Positions 45,615 through 53,539 of a stretch of DNA of 64,000 nucleotides are shown in pieces; the first letter of the stretch is position 1, and the number at the start of each line of letters is the position of its first letter. Where the stretch lies: contig CBFHSD010000009.1 in the NCBI GenBank assembly GCA_965658375.1, positions 229 through 64,228 on the forward strand, given 5' to 3'. The notes beneath the pieces were generated by a model. It searched no databases. It was given only the letters and a program-made list of their open reading frames with translations, and was not told where the DNA came from. The DNA is from Salibacteraceae bacterium. GTDB taxonomy: Bacteria > Bacteroidota > Bacteroidia > Flavobacteriales_G > Salibacteraceae. The position numbers were made by a program, and so were the translations under genes.

Positions 45615-46262
45615 ATGATAAACGTAACAAAATTCACCTTTAACGGTTTTCAAGAGAATACTTTTCTTCTTGAGGCAAACGATAAGTCGTGCTATATTAT
45701 TGACCCTGGATGTTATTCTTCTGAAGAAAGAAATGAGCTCAGCGAATACATCACCCACCACGGCTTAAAACCTAAAGGCGTTATTCAAACACATTGTCAT
45801 TTAGATCATGTGTTTGGTACAGATTGGGCAAGAGCCAAATGGAACATTCCAATGGGGTGCCATGAGAAAGATGTATATACCTTGAACATGGCACAGCCTT
45901 CTGCAAAACTCTACGGTTTTGGAAATTTTGATCCAGTAGAAGCTCCAGATTTCTTTATTAAAGAGGGAGAACCATTGTTACTTAGAGACGAGGAAATAGA
46001 GGTGCGTTTTACACCCGGGCATTGTGTTGGCCATATTGTGTTTATTCATCATGGAGGTAAGTTTGTGATTGCTGGAGATTGTTTGTTTCAAGGAAGCATT
46101 GGGAGAACCGACTTACCTGGAGGCGACTATGCTACTTTGGAGCAGGCCATAAAAACCCAACTGTATACCTTACCCGATGATTATACGGTGTATTGCGGAC
46201 ATGGGCCTGAGACAAGTATTGGGTTCGAAAAACAGAACAACCCTTTTGTAAAAGCTATTTAG
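45615..46262 (+). CDS. MBL-fold metallo-hydrolase (glyoxalase II-like)
   Basis: Motifs THCHLDHV, TPGHCVGH and GDCLF..SIGRTDLPGG. 215 aa. Confidence 0.8.
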   Translation: MINVTKFTFNGFQENTFLLEANDKSCYIIDPGCYSSEERNELSEYITHHGLKPKGVIQTHCHLDHVFGTDWARAKWNIPMGCHEKDVYTLNMAQPSAKLYGFGNFDPVEAPDFFIKEGEPLLLRDEEIEVRFTPGHCVGHIVFIHHGGKFVIAGDCLFQGSIGRTDLPGGDYATLEQAIKTQLYTLPDDYTVYCGHGPETSIGFEKQNNPFVKAI

Positions 46263-47058
46263 TCTCGTCTTTCTTTTTTAAGTCGTTGGGGTCTACAGCC
46301 TGATTCACTGGCGGGCAAGTTACTGGCCCTAAACGGAACAGCAGAATGTTAGCCTTGAGAATGACGGTGCTAAATGGGGTGTTAAAATGCACCATTCTAG
46401 AAAGGTAATCTCCTTGGTTTGGCGTGATATTGAAAATTGGGGTTTCTAGACTAATCACGATTGCTCTATCAGAATCCATCAAATAACCTAGCCCTAACTT
46501 ATAATGCACTTGAGCTATAAAGTCGCTGGGAGCTTGTGCATCTAAAGGGTAACCCTCGGCCATTGGAGCAGATCGCGCCAAGGCATAATCTGCATTTACG
46601 CCAATGCTATTTTGAATAAAGTTTAACTCGGTAATTGAAATAACGTTGTTAAAGTTCACATCTACATTCAGGCCTCTATCTGCAAATGAACTTTCACCTT
46701 CAAAAGGACCGCTTAAGACCTCTCTTCCGCGAATAGATTTGTAGCCAATGGAATAATCGAGGTAATGAATCAGAAACCCTCGGCCGAAATTGAGATAGCG
46801 CCCAAATTCAAGATCCAAACCAGGCCATTCAAAGGCTGGTTCACTCGTGTATGCACCTAGGTCTATGGTTTGATAACAAATGGTAGAAGTAAGGCCAATT
46901 CCAAATTGCCATCCTCCAGGAGCAAAAACCTCAGGACTTGGAAAGGCCCAAGGTTTTTCCTTTTTAGATTTATTGTATTCAAACATGGCGTTCTTCTTTT
47001 GAGCGAACCCGAAAGTGGACGTAAAAAGCACCGCTAAAAGAAGGACAATCTGTTTCAT
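46255..47058 (-). CDS. hypothetical outer-membrane beta-barrel-like protein
   Basis: Signal peptide MKQIVLLLAVLFTSTFGFAQ with beta-strand-like alternation. Its 3' end overlaps the MBL gene 3' end by 8 nt. Confidence 0.4.
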   Translation of the reverse strand: MKQIVLLLAVLFTSTFGFAQKKNAMFEYNKSKKEKPWAFPSPEVFAPGGWQFGIGLTSTICYQTIDLGAYTSEPAFEWPGLDLEFGRYLNFGRGFLIHYLDYSIGYKSIRGREVLSGPFEGESSFADRGLNVDVNFNNVISITELNFIQNSIGVNADYALARSAPMAEGYPLDAQAPSDFIAQVHYKLGLGYLMDSDRAIVISLETPIFNITPNQGDYLSRMVHFNTPFSTVILKANILLFRLGPVTCPPVNQAVDPNDLKKKDETK

Positions 47059-47070
47059 AGGTTGAAAACG

Positions 47071-48402
47071 TTACAGTTGAGAAAGTATTTTACTCTCTAT
47101 CTCTTCACTATCCCAAAGGGTTTCAATGCTTGGTGTTTTCATCACCTCTGCCATGATTTTATCTTGCTTTTTCCCAGTGGCCAAGGCTTCGCTGTAGCGA
47201 ATGTGGCTAAAGGTAACTTGGCTGTACAAAGGCATCCATTTATCTGGGTGCTTGTCATAAATCCTGTTTTCAATCTTCTTTCTCAACAAGAACATCGGAT
47301 CACCAACCAAGTCGCGCATCTCAATGTAATTTTGCAATGCCAAATCTGCTATTGCATCTCCATCTGGTTTTCTCAATTTAGCGAAGTCTCTGAATAAGCC
47401 TTCCCAATCATCTCCGTATTCTTCGAGCATTTCTGCAAATACAGCACAGTCTTCAAACCCTGAGTTCATACCTTGCCCATAAAATGGAACAATAGCATGT
47501 GCTGAATCTCCCATGAGCATTATTTGATCATCAAAATTCCACGGTTCGCAACGGATAATGCATAGACTTGATGTTGGGTTTTGGAAGTACTCTTCATCAA
47601 CATCTGGCATCATTTCGTAAAAATCTGGGAATACCTCTTTGAAAAAGTCTTTTACTTCTTGTCCTGTTTTTAATGAGTTGAAAGAGTATTTCCCATCGTA
47701 AGGAAAGAACAGCGTACAAGTGTAGCTTCCATCAAGGTTAGGTAGGGCGATAAGCATATATTCTCCACGTGGCCAAATATGTAAATGGTTCGCACTCAAT
47801 TTATGAGACCCATCTTCATTGGCTGGCAAAAGCAACTCTTTATAACCATGCTTCAAATAGGTTTGGCTGTAATCAAAACGGTCGGTGCGCATCATGCGGT
47901 TCCGCACCGCAGAAAAAGCACCATCTGTTCCAAAAATTCGAGCTTTGGTAGTTGTGACTACGTTTCCTTCTTTGTCTTGAAATGTTGCTGTTTTGCTCTT
48001 TAAATCTACATCTAAACACTTGTGATTAAAGAAGAAAGACACATTTTCATACTTACTTGCTTCAAGCAACAATTGCTTGTTTAATTCTCCTCTTGGCACA
48101 GAATAAATGGCTTGACCTTCTTTCCCGTATTGTTGTTCCGTTAGGGTTCCATCAACCGCATGCATTTTACGCGCGTACATGGGAATAGAAATGGCATTGA
48201 TGCGTTGGTCCACATCTGCCATTTTTAGAGCTTTCCAGCCTCGTGTGCTCAATGCCAAATTAATGGATTTTCCGCCCTGAAGTTTTACTTGGCGCATGTC
48301 TGGTCTGCGCTCATACACCTCTACTTCAAAACCTTTTTTCGCAAGTAGAATGGCCTGTAAAGAACCTACTAGCCCTGCTCCAACAACGATAACTTTTTCC
48401 AT
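47071..48402 (-). CDS. kmo: kynurenine 3-monooxygenase (FAD-dependent)
   Basis: Motifs VIVVGAGLVGSL...YERRPD, GTDGAFSAVR and LMGDSAHAIVPFYGQGMN. 443 aa. Confidence 0.8.
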   Translation of the reverse strand: MEKVIVVGAGLVGSLQAILLAKKGFEVEVYERRPDMRQVKLQGGKSINLALSTRGWKALKMADVDQRINAISIPMYARKMHAVDGTLTEQQYGKEGQAIYSVPRGELNKQLLLEASKYENVSFFFNHKCLDVDLKSKTATFQDKEGNVVTTTKARIFGTDGAFSAVRNRMMRTDRFDYSQTYLKHGYKELLLPANEDGSHKLSANHLHIWPRGEYMLIALPNLDGSYTCTLFFPYDGKYSFNSLKTGQEVKDFFKEVFPDFYEMMPDVDEEYFQNPTSSLCIIRCEPWNFDDQIMLMGDSAHAIVPFYGQGMNSGFEDCAVFAEMLEEYGDDWEGLFRDFAKLRKPDGDAIADLALQNYIEMRDLVGDPMFLLRKKIENRIYDKHPDKWMPLYSQVTFSHIRYSEALATGKKQDKIMAEVMKTPSIETLWDSEEIESKILSQL

Positions 48403-48427
48403 AATTCAATACCTTTTTAAGGGATCT

Positions 48428-48583
48428 CTAGTCCCACTTCTTCTTAAAATACCTTCCCCCTTTAGGGTGAACCTTCCCTTTTTTGATTGACATTCTTACA
48501 ATGATAAAACCCACGATCAACACTCCGAAAATGAGAAAGGGATTGTCGTAAGACAGTTCAATATCTAAAAGGTTTGCGTTCAT
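48428..48583 (-). CDS. possible 51-aa single-pass membrane micro-protein between kynU and kmo
   Basis: The ATG at 48583..48581 overlaps the kynureninase TGA (ATGA). Reads MNANLLDIELSYDNPFLIFGVLIVGFIIVRMSIKKGKVHPKGGRYFKKKWD. The stop lies 25 nt before the kmo ATG. Confidence 0.4.
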   Translation of the reverse strand: MNANLLDIELSYDNPFLIFGVLIVGFIIVRMSIKKGKVHPKGGRYFKKKWD

Positions 48584-49851
48584 ATGCCAGATTCTAAAAT
48601 TTGTCCGAATCGATAAATGTCCTCAAAACTATTGTACATTGGGGCTGGAGCCATACGTATCACATTTGGTTCCCTCCAATCTGCAATGACCCCATTTTCT
48701 GAAAGGTGATTGAACAGCTCTTTACCCGCCCCATGCGTAAGCACAGACAATTGCGCACCACGCTGCTTAGGGTCTGTCGGAGTAATGATTTCGAAATTGA
48801 CGTTTTCGTATTTATCAGATATTTCTTGCAATACGTATTCGAAATAAGCTGTCAACTTCATGCTTTTTTCTCTGAGTTGATCAATGCCTACTTCCTCAAA
48901 TAAATCTAAAGATGCCTTGTGCACCGCCATGGCCAATACAGGCGCATTGCTCAACTGCCAAGACTCTGCCGTTGGAATAGGCTGAAACCCTTTCTCCATC
49001 AAAAAGCGTGTTTCTTTATCATGACCCCACCAGCCTGCAAAACGAACCAAGTCTGGATTCTTGCAATGTTTTTCGTGGACGTAAATTCCAGAAACACTTC
49101 CCGGACCGCTATTAAGGTATTTATAAGAACACCAAGCAGCAAAATCTACTCCCCAGTCGTGCAACTGCATGGGTACATTTCCCATTGCATGTGCCAAATC
49201 CCAACCTACAATTGCGCCAGCGTCATGTCCTGCTTTTGTAATGGTTTTCATATCCCAAAGCTGGCCAGTATAATAGTTGACTCCCCCAATCATCACCAAT
49301 GCAAGCTCATCGCCTACTTGTTCAATTTTTGAAAGAACATCTTCTGTTCGTATGGTGTGTTCTCCTTCTCTTGGAAAGAGCTCAACAATTTCTTCTTCTG
49401 GGTTCAATTGGTGAAATCTTACCTGAGTCTCCAGAGCATATTGATCGCTTGGAAAGGCTTTCCCCTCACACAAAATTTTGGCGCGTTTGCCTTGAGGTTT
49501 GTAAAAACTCACCATCAATAAGTGCAAATTGGTAGTCAAGCCATTCATTGCTACCACTTCTTCTTCTTTTGCTCCTACAAGTTTGGCCAATGGTGCCGCA
49601 AACATCTCATGGTACCCAAACCAAGGGTTCTTGGCTTCAAAATGTCCTTCAACACCATATTTTTCCCAATCATCCAATTCTTGCTGCAAGGCCGCTTTAG
49701 CCGCTCTAGGCTGAAGACCTAAGGAATTACCAGTTAAGTAAACAACATTTTGCCCTTTGTGCTGAGGAAAAAGAAACTCCGACCTGTATTTGCGCAGTGG
49801 ATCATTCTCGTCCATTTTTTGCGCAAATTCTAAAGAATAAGTGTAATTCAT
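48580..49851 (-). CDS. kynU: kynureninase (PLP-dependent)
   Basis: Motifs YLTGNSLGLQP, DLAHAMGN and CSYKYLNSGPG (PLP Lys). The ATG at 49851 (MNYTYSLEF) is preferred. Confidence 0.85.
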   Translation of the reverse strand: MNYTYSLEFAQKMDENDPLRKYRSEFLFPQHKGQNVVYLTGNSLGLQPRAAKAALQQELDDWEKYGVEGHFEAKNPWFGYHEMFAAPLAKLVGAKEEEVVAMNGLTTNLHLLMVSFYKPQGKRAKILCEGKAFPSDQYALETQVRFHQLNPEEEIVELFPREGEHTIRTEDVLSKIEQVGDELALVMIGGVNYYTGQLWDMKTITKAGHDAGAIVGWDLAHAMGNVPMQLHDWGVDFAAWCSYKYLNSGPGSVSGIYVHEKHCKNPDLVRFAGWWGHDKETRFLMEKGFQPIPTAESWQLSNAPVLAMAVHKASLDLFEEVGIDQLREKSMKLTAYFEYVLQEISDKYENVNFEIITPTDPKQRGAQLSVLTHGAGKELFNHLSENGVIADWREPNVIRMAPAPMYNSFEDIYRFGQILESGI

Positions 49852-49926
49852 ATTTGATTGAAACAAGTACAATTCGCAAACGTTACTTTTACGGCCGCCA
49901 AGTTACAATTTTGAAAGGCAACAATT

Positions 49927-51219
49927 ATGACAAGAGAGCAATCGAACGCATTATTTGAAGACGCAAAGCAGTTTATGCCCGGGGGTGTAAACTCTCCAGT
50001 AAGAGCATTTGGAAGTGTTGACGGATCACCCATTTTCATAGGACAAGGCAAAGGATGTGAATTGACAGATGTTGACGGCAACACCTACATCGATTTTTGC
50101 TGCTCTTGGGGACCTCTTATTCTTGGCCATGCAAATAAAAAAGTAGTTTCTAAAGTGCAAGAGACAGTAGCCAACGGCATGAGCTTTGGCGCTCCTACCA
50201 AGTTGGAGAATGAATTAGCCGAACTGATTGTTAGCAACCACAAATACATAGAACAAATACGTTTTGTAAACTCAGGTACCGAGGCAGTAATGAGTGGCAT
50301 TCGTTTGGCAAGAGGGTATACGGGCAAAAACAAGATTATCAAGTTTGAGGGCTGTTACCATGGACACGTAGATGCCTTAATGGTAAATGCCGGTTCTGGA
50401 TTGGCCACTTTTGGAACAAGTTCTAGTGCGGGTATCCCAGACTCTGTGATTCAAGAAACTATTGTGCTTCCTCTAAATAACAAAGAGGCAGTCAAGGAAG
50501 CTGTTGCCAAGTTTAAAAATGAAATTGCCTGTATTATTCTAGAGCCCATTCCTGCGAACAATGGTCTTTTATTGCAGGATAAAGAATTCTTGACTTTTTT
50601 GAGAGAAGTATGTGATGAAGAAAACATCCTTTTATTTTTTGACGAAGTAATTAGTGGTTTTAGAGTAGGATTTGAGGGAGCTGCTGGTTTGTACGATGTG
50701 AAGCCAGACATACTCTCTTTCGGGAAAATAATTGGTGGCGGTATGCCTGTTGGTGCTTATGCTGCTTCTAAAGAAATGATGAGTAAAGTAGCTCCGCTAG
50801 GCCCTGTTTATCAAGCGGGAACCCTGAGCGGAAACCCCGTAGCAATGGCTGCAGGAATTGCTCAATTGAGTGAATGTTTGAGACCACTATTCTATGAAGA
50901 GCTCGCTTTGAAAACGGAAGTTTTCTCAAAAGAAATAGTCTCCTATGCACAGTCTAAGGGATATACTTTTAGCATGCCACATTCTGGATCAATTTTCTGG
51001 ATTAATTTTACTGATGAACGCGTTGCGGATGCTACCGGCATTAACGGCAATAAAATGAGCGAGCAGTTCAGAAAACTACATAAGTCACTTTTAGAGCAAG
51101 GCATTTATGTTGGCCCTTCTGGCTATGAAGTAGGCTTTATTTCTGACGCGCATACAGATGAGGTATTGAACAAGGCCATTTCGGCATTTAAAAAAGCACT
51201 TGACATTGCCTACGCATAA
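49927..51219 (+). CDS. hemL: glutamate-1-semialdehyde 2,1-aminomutase
   Basis: Motifs PGGVNSPVRAF, NSGTEA, FDEVISGFR and FGKIIGGG. 430 aa. Confidence 0.95.
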   Translation: MTREQSNALFEDAKQFMPGGVNSPVRAFGSVDGSPIFIGQGKGCELTDVDGNTYIDFCCSWGPLILGHANKKVVSKVQETVANGMSFGAPTKLENELAELIVSNHKYIEQIRFVNSGTEAVMSGIRLARGYTGKNKIIKFEGCYHGHVDALMVNAGSGLATFGTSSSAGIPDSVIQETIVLPLNNKEAVKEAVAKFKNEIACIILEPIPANNGLLLQDKEFLTFLREVCDEENILLFFDEVISGFRVGFEGAAGLYDVKPDILSFGKIIGGGMPVGAYAASKEMMSKVAPLGPVYQAGTLSGNPVAMAAGIAQLSECLRPLFYEELALKTEVFSKEIVSYAQSKGYTFSMPHSGSIFWINFTDERVADATGINGNKMSEQFRKLHKSLLEQGIYVGPSGYEVGFISDAHTDEVLNKAISAFKKALDIAYA

Positions 51220-51829
51220 ACGGTTTGAATTTATAGCAAAACATTACGACCTTTTAAAATCTCTGGCTTTTGGAGATGCCATTGATCGGTCGCAAGAACA
51301 TTTTCTATTGGACTGTCCGCACAGTGTTTCTCATCTCATCATTGGGGGAGGAAGCGGAATCCTTTTAAAGAAAGTACTCACGCGATGTGCTCCTTCTAAG
51401 CTTACTCAGGTTGATCGTTCCAAAGCAATGCAAAAGCTGAGTCAAGAAAGTATTGAAAGTGAAGATCAAAGCATTGACTGTCAATTGCTGGTTTCCGATA
51501 TTTTCGATTGGGATACCAAGGAGCGGTTTGATGTTATTCATCTTCCCTTTATTCTAGACCTATTTAGCCAAAAAGAATGTGTGGCACTTCTGAATAAAAT
51601 TGACCGGCTACTTTTACCATCGGGCCAGTTGATTGTAAGTGACTTTAATCCTCAAAAGGTGAAGCTTAAATGGCTGTACCCTATTTACAACTGGTTCACT
51701 CCAACAAAAAATCAAAGCCTGCCAGATTTCTTGTCTCTTTTGGCACAACACAAATACATTCCCTTGGATGTGAAATACTTTAAGTCTCAGCGCATCATTG
51801 CCCTAAATATGAGTAGAACCGACTATTGA
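51200..51829 (+). CDS. class I SAM-dependent methyltransferase-like protein
   Basis: Motif I-like LIIGGGSGILL. The first internal ATG lies after this motif, so a TTG start (51200 or 51206) is required. 209 aa. Confidence 0.5.
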   Translation: MTLPTHKRFEFIAKHYDLLKSLAFGDAIDRSQEHFLLDCPHSVSHLIIGGGSGILLKKVLTRCAPSKLTQVDRSKAMQKLSQESIESEDQSIDCQLLVSDIFDWDTKERFDVIHLPFILDLFSQKECVALLNKIDRLLLPSGQLIVSDFNPQKVKLKWLYPIYNWFTPTKNQSLPDFLSLLAQHKYIPLDVKYFKSQRIIALNMSRTDY

Positions 51830-52689
51830 TTGAGCGTGTAAGCAGCAAAAAGAAGTAGAAACTGCAAAACTATGGCTCCCTCAAAGGCCCAAGTAAAAAA
51901 CAATTCTTTTGAACTCGACTTTATATTTTTTAGCCATAGGGTAGACCAAAAGCCACTCAGTAAAAGCACGATGAAATAGGTAAATGGGAGCTCTGGAAAA
52001 AGTACGTAGATAGAGAAGCAAAATAATTCGTAAAATACCAAACTTGCAGTGGCAATTTTTAATGCCAATTCCTTTCCAAATAATACGGGTAGAGTTTTAG
52101 TTCCATTCTTTGAGTCGATATCAAAATCTCTCACATCAAAGGGTATGGTTAAGCCAAGGATGAAAAAAAACTGGGCCAACAACCACAGAATGAGCTTGTG
52201 CACATTCACCTGGAATTCTGCACTTATAGCCAAATAAGTAGTCAACAAAACAACCACTAAAGAGACCACAAACACCTTTATATAAGGTACATCTCTTAAG
52301 CGCCACCATCTCCCGTTCAGTTGAATGAATGGAACACTATACGCTACAGATAAAAACATCAAGAAAACGAGGAGGAACAAATTCAACTCATTCAATTTAA
52401 GAAAGGCAGAAAAAGCGAGTAGGCCGCCAGAAACAACAGGAATGAGCAAAAAAAGCTTCACATTTTGCAATGCTTTTAAGCGTTCTAGTCTGTAAGGTTT
52501 TTGGGTTAGATACACACTCAAAATCCGGTGGGCTGGATAAAGAGCTAAACTGCCACCAAGCAAAAAAGCGGCTTCACTATTCCATTCTAAGTTACCCTTG
52601 AAAATAAGTTGAGTGGAAAAAAACAAACTTAAGATTGGAACAACAACATAGATGTTCCCATAGAGCAGAAATGTTTTAAAAAAACCCAA
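51823..52689 (-). CDS. UbiA-family prenyltransferase (integral membrane)
   Basis: About 8 hydrophobic helices. Second Asp-rich motif context FDVRDFDIDSKNGTKTLPVLFG. TTG start. Confidence 0.6.
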   Translation of the reverse strand: MGFFKTFLLYGNIYVVVPILSLFFSTQLIFKGNLEWNSEAAFLLGGSLALYPAHRILSVYLTQKPYRLERLKALQNVKLFLLIPVVSGGLLAFSAFLKLNELNLFLLVFLMFLSVAYSVPFIQLNGRWWRLRDVPYIKVFVVSLVVVLLTTYLAISAEFQVNVHKLILWLLAQFFFILGLTIPFDVRDFDIDSKNGTKTLPVLFGKELALKIATASLVFYELFCFSIYVLFPELPFTYFIVLLLSGFWSTLWLKNIKSSSKELFFTWAFEGAIVLQFLLLFAAYTLNQ

Positions 52690-52690
52690 T

Positions 52691-53413
52691 CTATTTAATT
52701 AATGACCCCATTCCTACTCCAACCGCAGTACCTAGCATACTAGTCCAGCCTGCCAAAACCATTTTTTTAGATCGTGCATGCTGCTGATAACCGGCCATAT
52801 AAGCCTGATAGTTTCTCATTGCCATGGTATCGTTCTCATCAATAGTTACTGTAGAAGAGGAAATTCCAACTGTCACCACATAAAAGAATGGAGCTAAGAA
52901 AGTAAAGAAGTTCTCGCTTCCGGCATATCCAATGAGAATACCGTAGGCTCCTCCCAAATAACCAACTGCATTTGAATTAAAGTTTTCTTGAGCTTCAAAA
53001 GCACCGTAAATGAAATACTTCATCTCCTCTTGCGTCATTTTAAAACCCTTTTGCTCATCATACTTGTACCAAATTTCTTCGGTTCCATCGGCTTTATAAA
53101 CGGCATAGACGATGTCAGTTTCATAAAAACGCTGTTTCGTTTTCCCCTTTTTATTCACAGAAATGAACTCGAAAGAGTTTTGGTACTTCTCTCCAATTTG
53201 ACCTACCAAAATCTTCCCAGTAATTAAGACTAATGAATCTTTACCTGAATAAGTGGGAGCAAACTTTTGGTCTAAAACCTCTAAATGTGCATGAACCAGT
53301 TTTAAAGCCTGTTCTGGCTCAAGGTGGTCAACTCTTGTGTTACCCTGCGCGAAAACCGCAGAGAAAGTGAACATGAATAAGGTGATCGAGAAAAAAAAAT
53401 TCGGAGAATTCAT
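52691..53413 (-). CDS. hypothetical protein with signal peptide and C-terminal Gly-rich TM helices
   Basis: 240-aa ORF with signal FMFTFSAVFAQ. The C-terminal half has GYLGGAYGILIGYAG and a second hydrophobic stretch, AGWTSMLGTAVGVGMGSLI. Confidence 0.4.
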   Translation of the reverse strand: MNSPNFFFSITLFMFTFSAVFAQGNTRVDHLEPEQALKLVHAHLEVLDQKFAPTYSGKDSLVLITGKILVGQIGEKYQNSFEFISVNKKGKTKQRFYETDIVYAVYKADGTEEIWYKYDEQKGFKMTQEEMKYFIYGAFEAQENFNSNAVGYLGGAYGILIGYAGSENFFTFLAPFFYVVTVGISSSTVTIDENDTMAMRNYQAYMAGYQQHARSKKMVLAGWTSMLGTAVGVGMGSLIK

Positions 53414-53539
53414 AGGTCAAAAATTGGCTTCCAAAGATAGGATTATAGCTCATTAACTCATTCTTTTTGTGCATTTTTGGCGCCCCAACTTTTTACCGAA
53501 ACACGTGTTATAGTAACAACATTTTAAAAAGAAATAATC

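Noticed and set aside
48919-49332. 137-aa plus-strand ORF inside kynureninase, and a 111-aa ORF at 47062-47397 inside kmo.
   Set aside because: Both are antisense shadow ORFs within genes that have clear family motifs.
53414-53539. An expected glycine riboswitch upstream of gcvP.
   Set aside because: The 126-nt spacer lacks the conserved GGAGAG...CACCG/ACCGAAGGGGCAA-type cores and is too short for a tandem aptamer.
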